Source: Rhodocyclaceae bacterium
Lineage (GTDB): Bacteria > Pseudomonadota > Gammaproteobacteria > Burkholderiales > Rhodocyclaceae
Reading direction: 5' to 3'
Length of the DNA: 40,000 bases
NCBI GenBank assembly: GCA_049840475.1
Contig: JASGKX010000001.1
Location: 706,575 to 746,574 of the forward strand
In this document: positions 34,247-40,000 of the stretch, piece after piece
Numbering within the stretch: position 1 is the stretch's first letter
How the letters are laid out: each line of letters begins with the position of its first letter
Notes under the pieces: generated by a model
Databases searched by the model: none
Told to the model about the DNA's origin: nothing
The model's input: the letters and a program-made list of their open reading frames with translations, nothing else
Program-made: the position numbers and the translations under genes

Positions 34247-35188
34247 TACGCAGCCTCCTTCTTCGGGAGTTGCGCGACCCATTCGGGCGGCGCCATGGGG
34301 AAGCCCAGGCGCTCGCGGGATTCGAGGTAACTCTGCGCGACGCTGCGCGCGAGGTTGCGGATGCGGCCGATGTAGGCGGCGCGCTCGGTCACGGAAATCG
34401 CGCCGCGCGCATCGAGCAGGTTGAACGTGTGCGCAGCCTTGAGCACTTGCTCATACGCCGGCAGCGCCAACTGCTGCTCCATCAGGTGCTTGGCCTGTTT
34501 TTCGTATGCGCCGAAGGCCGTGAAAAGGAACTCGGCGTCGCTGTGTTCAAAGTTGTAGGTCGAACTGCTCGACTTCGTTCTGGTGGAACACGTCGCCGTA
34601 GGTCAGCGTGCGTTCGACGCCATTTTCGGTCCAGCGCGTCCACACCAGGTCGAAGACGTTTTCCACGCCTTGCAGGTACATGGCCAAACGCTCGATCCCG
34701 TAGGTGATCTCGCCCGTGATCGGCTTGCAGTCGATGCCTCCGACCTGCTGGAAGTAGGTGAACTGCGTCACCTCCATGCCGTTCAGCCAGACTTCCCAGC
34801 CCAGGCCCCAGGCACCCAGCGTGGGGTTCTCCCAGTCATCCTCGACGAAGCGCACGTCGTTCTTGGTCAGGTCGAAGCCAAGCGCTTCGAGCGAACCGAG
34901 GTACAAGTCCAGGATGTTGGCCGGCGCCGGCTTGAGCACCACCTGATACTGGTAGTAGTGCTGCATGCGGTTGGGGTTCTCGCCGTAGCGACCGTCCTTG
35001 GGACGGCGGCTGGGTTGCACGTAGGCGGCGCGCCACGGCTCCGGGCCGATCGCGCGGAGGAAGGTGGCAGTGTGGCTGGTGCCCGCACCCACTTCCATAT
35101 CGTAGGGTTGCAGCAAGGCGCAGCCTTGCGCGCCCCAGTAGCTCTGGAGCTTGAGGATGATTTCCTGGAATGTCGGTTTGACGCTCAT
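34246..35188 (-). pseudogene. glyQ: Glycine--tRNA ligase alpha subunit, reading frame broken by one extra base as sequenced (probably a sequence error)
   Basis: ORF 34547..35188 (213 aa) is colinear with E. coli GlyQ up to ...[12 protein letters not shown], then reads FDLQL-stop. The continuation [61 protein letters not shown]... is in the adjacent frame (it includes ORF 34246..34482). Confidence 0.92.
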
Positions 35189-35309
35189 GGCGGTCCTCGG
35201 CCTTCAATGGCCGGCGCGGTACGCAAAACCCGGCATTTTACAGCCATTGCGCGGCCTTCACGCGCTCGACCACAAACTTGCGTCCGGCGGATGACGACTC
35301 GGCGGCGGG

Positions 35310-35315
35310 TATAAT
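35310..35315 (+). promoter_or_regulatory. Possible -10 box for purC
   Basis: A perfect TATAAT lies 33 nt upstream of the purC ATG in otherwise GC-rich sequence. I found no convincing -35 at 17 bp spacing. Confidence 0.3.
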
Positions 35316-35347
35316 CGCGGTCTTTGCCCCCTTTGGAGCCCGCCCCC

Positions 35348-36235
35348 ATGAAGCCGTTGTTCGAATCCGACATCAAAAGCCTGCCACTGCTGGGGCGCGG
35401 CAAGGTGCGGGACATCTACGCCGTGGGCGAAGACAAGCTGCTGATCGTCACCACCGACCGCCTGTCGGCCTTTGACGTGATCCTGCAGGACCCGATTCCG
35501 CGCAAGGGCGAAGTGCTCACCCGTACGGCCCTGTTCTGGTTCGACCGGCTTGGCCACATCCTGCCCAACCAACTGACCGGCATCGCGCCGGAAGACGTCG
35601 TCGCCCCCGATGAGCGCGAACAGGTTGCCGGCCGCTCGCTGGTGGTCAAGCGCCTCAAGCCGCTCCCCATCGAAGCGGTGGTGCGTGGCTATGTGATTGG
35701 CTCGGGCTGGAAAGACTACGTCGCCACCGGCAAGATCAGCGGCATCACGCTGCCGGCGGGTCTCAAGCAGGCGGCGAAGCTGGAACAGCCGATCTTCACC
35801 CCGTCAACCAAGGCCGAACAGGGCACGCACGACGAGACGATCGAATTCGCCGAAGTCGAACGCCTGCTCGGTACGGAACTCGCCGCCAAGGTGCGCGACG
35901 TGGCTATCCGCCTGTACTCGGAAGCGCGCGAATATGCCGCCACGCGCGGCATCATCATCGCCGACACCAAGTTCGAATTCGGCCTGGACGACGCTGGCGC
36001 GCTGTACCTGATCGACGAGGCCCTCACGCCGGACTCGTCCCGCTTCTGGCCGGCCGACAGCTACCAGGAAGGTATCTCTCCGCCGTCTTTCGACAAGCAG
36101 TTCGTGCGCGACTACCTCGAAACGCTGGACTGGAACAAACAAGCCCCCGCGCCCAAGCTGCCGGCCGAGGTGCTCGACAAAACCAGCGCCAAGTACATCG
36201 AGGCCTACGAGCGCCTGACTGGCAACACTCTGTGA
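35348..36235 (+). CDS. purC: Phosphoribosylaminoimidazole-succinocarboxamide (SAICAR) synthase
   Basis: From ATG 35348 (GGAG 9 nt upstream): [38 protein letters not shown] and DSSRFWP. The ORF-track start at 35324 is TTG. Confidence 0.93.
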   Translation: MKPLFESDIKSLPLLGRGKVRDIYAVGEDKLLIVTTDRLSAFDVILQDPIPRKGEVLTRTALFWFDRLGHILPNQLTGIAPEDVVAPDEREQVAGRSLVVKRLKPLPIEAVVRGYVIGSGWKDYVATGKISGITLPAGLKQAAKLEQPIFTPSTKAEQGTHDETIEFAEVERLLGTELAAKVRDVAIRLYSEAREYAATRGIIIADTKFEFGLDDAGALYLIDEALTPDSSRFWPADSYQEGISPPSFDKQFVRDYLETLDWNKQAPAPKLPAEVLDKTSAKYIEAYERLTGNTL

Positions 36236-36242
36236 CCTGAAT

Positions 36243-36267
36243 CGGGCCGGTCGAGCTGGCCGGCCCG
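36243..36267 (+). terminator. GC-rich stem-loop after purC (CGGGCCGG-N9-CCGGCCCG)
   Basis: A perfect 8-bp stem starts 8 nt after the purC stop. No T-tract follows, so terminator function is uncertain. Confidence 0.35.
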
Positions 36268-36396
36268 CTCCCCTCCATGCGTCCCATCCATCGAGACGCA
36301 CACTCGCCCTATCGGCCCCTCTCCTGCGCACTTATTGGCAATAGACCTCGCATCGGTCTATGCCTGAAGGGCAATCCCCCTGCCCCGGAGACGACC

Positions 36397-37179
36397 ATGG
36401 ACCACCCACTCCACCATCACATGGACAACGTGCCGCGCGTGGCGGCCAATGTCGTCGAGTTCTCGCGGCCATTCAAATGGTTGGCACAGGGCGCGCGAGA
36501 CATGGTCATCAGTCCCGGCACCAGCTTGATGTACGGCGTGTTCTTCGCAGCCATCGGCTACATCATCCTGACCTACGTGTCGGCCCAGCCGTATCTGTTC
36601 ACCGCTGCGGTGTCGGGCTTCATGCTGGTTGGCTCGTTGGCTGCGGCGGGGCTGTACGAGGTATCGCGACGCGCCGAAGGCGGCATGCGCACCGGCCTGG
36701 GTGAGTCGCTCAACGGACTGGCGCGCAACGGCGATTCGCTTTTTTACTTCGGACTGATCCTGGCGATCGCGCTGATCAGTTGGGAGCGACTGTCGGCGAT
36801 CCTGTTCGCTCTGTTCTATCACGACGACGTGCCGAACATGGCGAACTTCTACCGCGACGTATTCTTCTCTGGCCGCTACACCACGTTCGTGTCGGCCTAT
36901 CTGATCATTGGTGGCGCGCTGGCCACGCTGGTGTACGTGCTTTCGGCGGTGTCAGTGCCATTACTCATGGACCGTGACATCGACGTAGTGACGGCCATGA
37001 TGGCGAGCGCCCAGGCGGTCGGCCACAATCTTGCCGCGATGGCCTTGTGGGCCGTGCTGCTTGTGGCACTGATGGCGATCGGCTTTGCCACCTACATGGT
37101 GGGCATGATCTTCATGCTGCCGTTGGCAGGGCATGCCACCTGGCATGCCTACCGAGACCTGATAGAGCGAGAGACCTGA
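36397..37179 (+). CDS. Polytopic membrane protein, DUF2189-like
   Basis: From ATG 36397 (GGAG 8 nt upstream), about 260 aa with 5-6 hydrophobic segments. The N-terminal PFKWLAQGARDMVISPGTSLMYG resembles DUF2189. The family call is from memory only. Confidence 0.7.
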   Translation: MDHPLHHHMDNVPRVAANVVEFSRPFKWLAQGARDMVISPGTSLMYGVFFAAIGYIILTYVSAQPYLFTAAVSGFMLVGSLAAAGLYEVSRRAEGGMRTGLGESLNGLARNGDSLFYFGLILAIALISWERLSAILFALFYHDDVPNMANFYRDVFFSGRYTTFVSAYLIIGGALATLVYVLSAVSVPLLMDRDIDVVTAMMASAQAVGHNLAAMALWAVLLVALMAIGFATYMVGMIFMLPLAGHATWHAYRDLIERET

Positions 37180-37189
37180 CGACGCCCGG

Positions 37190-38050
37190 TCAGGCAGACA
37201 GCATCGCCAGCGCCGCAGCACGTTGCACGCGCGCCTCGTCGAGCAGGCGCGCAACGACGTCGGCGTCTACGCCTTCAAAGGCGCTCTCGCGCAGCGCCAA
37301 TTGCATGTCGAGCGATACGGTCGAGAACGGATTCGGCACGGGCGACGCGGTATTGGCCAGGTACAGCACGTCCGCAAGCGCCACAGGCGGCCAGTTGGGG
37401 CCGTAGATTTCCTGCATTTCCAGGGCATCGACGATCATTTGCGGCGTGCCGAGCGCACGCAACACGGCCTGACCGACCGGCTTGTGCCAGAAAACGATCA
37501 GCTCGGACAAGTCACCGTGGTCTTCAAGCAATTCGGGGAATTCGTGCACGCGCGACAACAGATAGAACTGGCCAATGTCGTGCACCATGCCGGCCAGCAG
37601 CGCGGTGTCGGGACGCACGGCGCCGTCGAGCTGCAATGCCACGGCATACGACAACGACGCGACTTCCAGCGTGTGGCGCCACAACTGCTCCGCCAACCGC
37701 CAGACGGGGGCGAATTCCAGCGCCGTCGCCAGTTGATCGCCAATAACGGCGATGGCCAGCGTGCGGGCATGATTAAGCCCCACTCGCATGAGCGCGCGCT
37801 GTACGTCGGTGACTTCCGCCCCTTGCGGGTTGAAGAAGGTGGAATTGGCCATACGTAGCAGTTTCACCGACAGCACCGGCTCGAGCCCGATGATTCGGGC
37901 TACGGAGACCATGCTGGCCTCAGGTTCGTCGAGCGCACGGCGCACGCGCACCGCAGCCTGCATGCTGGTGGGGAACACGAACTCGCCGGTCGCCAGTTCC
38001 TTTTCGATGGCGGCATTGAACGCTGCGCGCCGGTTGGTTGTCTCGTTCAT
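37190..38050 (-). CDS. HDOD domain-containing signalling protein
   Basis: 286 aa with LEPVLSVKLLRMANSTFF, RALMRVGL, WRHTLEVA and GMVHDIGQFYLL, typical of the HDOD domain. Confidence 0.85.
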   Translation of the reverse strand: MNETTNRRAAFNAAIEKELATGEFVFPTSMQAAVRVRRALDEPEASMVSVARIIGLEPVLSVKLLRMANSTFFNPQGAEVTDVQRALMRVGLNHARTLAIAVIGDQLATALEFAPVWRLAEQLWRHTLEVASLSYAVALQLDGAVRPDTALLAGMVHDIGQFYLLSRVHEFPELLEDHGDLSELIVFWHKPVGQAVLRALGTPQMIVDALEMQEIYGPNWPPVALADVLYLANTASPVPNPFSTVSLDMQLALRESAFEGVDADVVARLLDEARVQRAAALAMLSA

Positions 38051-38110
38051 GAGTCCGGATCATCCGCTGTGTAAGTCTCAGGGCCAGGCGCTACACAATG
38101 CAGGGCCAGA

Positions 38111-38150
38111 GGCTTCGGCGACACTATCGTCACGATAGCCCAGCGAAGCC
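38111..38150. other. Nested inverted repeat in the HDOD/prlC divergent spacer
   Basis: GGCTTCG...CTATCG-TCA-CGATAG...CGAAGCC has two perfectly complementary arm pairs. Function unknown. Confidence 0.3.
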
Positions 38151-38243
38151 GACGCCCATGGCGCTGCACTGTATTCGAGGTTCGTATTTTCGGCACAATC
38201 AGGTTTACCTTCAGCCATTAACTGACATTCGGTCGCCCACATC

Positions 38244-40000
38244 ATGAGCAATCCACTTCTCGACATCTCCGGCCTGCCGCGCTTCGACCTCGTCCAGCCT
38301 GCGGACGTGGCCCCTGCTATCCGCCAGCGCCTGGAAGAAAACCGAGCCCTTACCGCTCGCCTGGAAAACGACGAAGTGCCGGCCACGTGGGACGACTTCG
38401 TCGCGCCCATGGTCAACGCCGGAGAACGCCTCGGCCGCGCCTGGGGCGTGGTCAGCCATCTGCATGGCGTGATGGATACGCCCGCCTGGCGCGACGCTTA
38501 CAACGAAATGCTGCCGGAGGTGACGCGTTATTACGCCGAGCTAGGCCAGAACCTCAAACTCTTCGACAAGTATCGCAAGCTCGCCGTAAGCCCGGAATAT
38601 GCACAATTGTCCCCGGTGCGCCGCAAGATCGTCGACAACGAACTGCGCGACTTCCGACTTTCCGGCGCAGAACTGCCCGAAGACCAGAAGCCGCGCTTCC
38701 AGCAAATCCAGGAAGAATCCGCCGCGCTAGCCGCGAAGTTCTCTGAAAACGTGCTGGACGCCACCAATGCGTGGCACGAACACATCGAAGATGAATCGCT
38801 GCTGTCCGGCATCCCCGCCGACGCAGTTGCGGCAGCACGCGCCGCCGCAGAACGCGCAGGCAAGCCGGGCTGGGTCTTCACGCTGCACATGCCGTCGTAC
38901 CTGCCAGTCATGCAGTACGCAGACAATCGCGAACTGCGCGCCCGCATGTACCGTGCGTACGCCACGCGCGCATCTGAATTCTCGGCCGAAGTCGGCCACC
39001 CCGAATGGGACAACAGCCCCAACATCGACCGCATTCTCGCGCTACGCGCCGAAGCCGCCGCCATGCTCGGCTACAACAGTTACGCCGATGTGTCGCTGGT
39101 CGCCAAGATGGCGCAAAGCCCGGATGAGGTCAAAGCCTTCCTGCGCGACCTGGCACAGCGCGCCAAGCCTTTCGCCGAACGCGATTTCAACGAACTGACG
39201 AGCTTCGCCGCCCGCGAACTCGGCCTCACCGAACTGCAGCCATGGGACGTGGCATACGCCTCTGAAAAACTGCGTCAGGCGCGTTACGCGTTCTCCGAGC
39301 ATGAAGTAAAGCAGTACTTCCCCGAGCCGATGGTGCTGCGCGGACTGTTCTCGGTCATCGAAAGCCTCTACGGCGTGTCGATCAGCGCCGATCAGGCGCC
39401 GGTGTGGGACCCGCACGTGCGATTCTTCCGCATCGAACGACAGGTCGCCGGCAAGTCCGAACTGGTCGGTCAGTTCTACCTCGACCTTTACGCCCGCGAA
39501 ACCAAACGCGGCGGTGCCTGGATGGACGAAGCCATCACCCGCCGCCGTCATGGCACGGCACTGCAGACGCCGGTGGCTTACCTCGTGTGCAACTTCCCCG
39601 GTCCGGTGGGCGACAAACCCGCCACCTTTACGCACGATGATGTCATCACCCTCTTCCACGAATGCGGCCACGGCCTGCATCACCTACTCTCGCGCGTCGA
39701 AGAGCTTTGGGTATCGGGCATCCGGGGCGTGGAATGGGACGCCGTCGAACTGCCCAGCCAGTTCATGGAGAACTTCTGCTGGGAATGGGACGTACTGCAA
39801 GGCATGACGACCCACGTCGATACCAACCAGCCGCTGCCGCGCACCCTCTATGACAAGATGATCGCGGCCAAGAACTTCCAGAGCGGAATGCAGACCGTCC
39901 GGCAGATCGAGTTTGCCCTGTTCGATATGCGCATCCACCATGAGCACGTGCCGGGCGAAGCCCGTCCGGTAATGCAGACCCTGCAAGAAGTGCGCAACGA
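38244..40000 (+). CDS. prlC: Oligopeptidase A (M3 zinc metallopeptidase), C-terminally truncated by the window end
   Basis: Not in the ORF track because it has no stop in the window. ATG 38244 begins MSNPLLDISGLPRFDLVQPADV...WGVVSHLHGVMDTPAWRDAY. The in-frame HECGHGLHH zinc motif starts at 39657. Confidence 0.93.
   Translation, partial: MSNPLLDISGLPRFDLVQPADVAPAIRQRLEENRALTARLENDEVPATWDDFVAPMVNAGERLGRAWGVVSHLHGVMDTPAWRDAYNEMLPEVTRYYAELGQNLKLFDKYRKLAVSPEYAQLSPVRRKIVDNELRDFRLSGAELPEDQKPRFQQIQEESAALAAKFSENVLDATNAWHEHIEDESLLSGIPADAVAAARAAAERAGKPGWVFTLHMPSYLPVMQYADNRELRARMYRAYATRASEFSAEVGHPEWDNSPNIDRILALRAEAAAMLGYNSYADVSLVAKMAQSPDEVKAFLRDLAQRAKPFAERDFNELTSFAARELGLTELQPWDVAYASEKLRQARYAFSEHEVKQYFPEPMVLRGLFSVIESLYGVSISADQAPVWDPHVRFFRIERQVAGKSELVGQFYLDLYARETKRGGAWMDEAITRRRHGTALQTPVAYLVCNFPGPVGDKPATFTHDDVITLFHECGHGLHHLLSRVEELWVSGIRGVEWDAVELPSQFMENFCWEWDVLQGMTTHVDTNQPLPRTLYDKMIAAKNFQSGMQTVRQIEFALFDMRIHHEHVPGEARPVMQTLQEVRN

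Noticed and set aside
34540-34570. Programmed ribosomal frameshifting in glyQ
   Set aside because: I saw no slippery heptamer and no downstream structure. Two other genes show the same one-base defect, which makes sequence error the simpler explanation.
1-40000. Mobile elements, CRISPR arrays, tRNA/rRNA genes, and defence or toxin-antitoxin systems
   Set aside because: I saw no transposase or integrase-like translation, no regularly spaced direct repeats, no tRNA-like T-arm sequences in the spacers, and no orphan small-gene pairs. Every sizeable ORF is explained by a recognisable family.

Overview
GC-rich proteobacterial chromosome segment. The housekeeping gene order (glyQ-glyS-gmhB-plsC-ygjP-gloA, purC, HDOD gene, prlC) looks Burkholderiaceae-like, but that is inference only.

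Layout:
- 1 to 22.1 kb: one compact anaerobic formate module. It holds hypE(partial)-D-C-B-A (-), hydN-fdhF-fdhD (+), hyfABCDEFGHIJ-hycI-hyfR/fhlA (-) and moaA (+). This is a hydrogenase-4 / FHL-2 type formate hydrogenlyase with its own maturation, Moco and sigma54 regulatory parts.
- 22.2 to 26.9 kb: a LysR regulator divergent from a 5-gene operon of small redox and hydrolase proteins.
- 27.1 to 29.4 kb: feoA-feoB plus a small Cys-rich gene.
- 29.5 to 35.2 kb: a housekeeping operon, followed by purC, a membrane protein, an HDOD protein and prlC (cut by the window end).

I saw no rRNA, tRNA, CRISPR, transposase, integrase or phage genes, and I did not find a convincing wholly new system.

Items worth a second look:
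1. Three clear and one possible single-base reading-frame disruptions: hyfR/fhlA, the tail of hyfI/hycG, the normally essential glyQ, and perhaps the fdhD start. These point to sequence errors first and gene decay second.
2. Three well-formed -24/-12 (sigma54) promoters preceded by a shared upstream motif. One of them faces moaA.
3. Cys instead of Sec at the FdhF active site.
4. An FNR-like box and a weak Fur-like box upstream of feoA.

All homology statements come from my reading of the translations. No database search was run.
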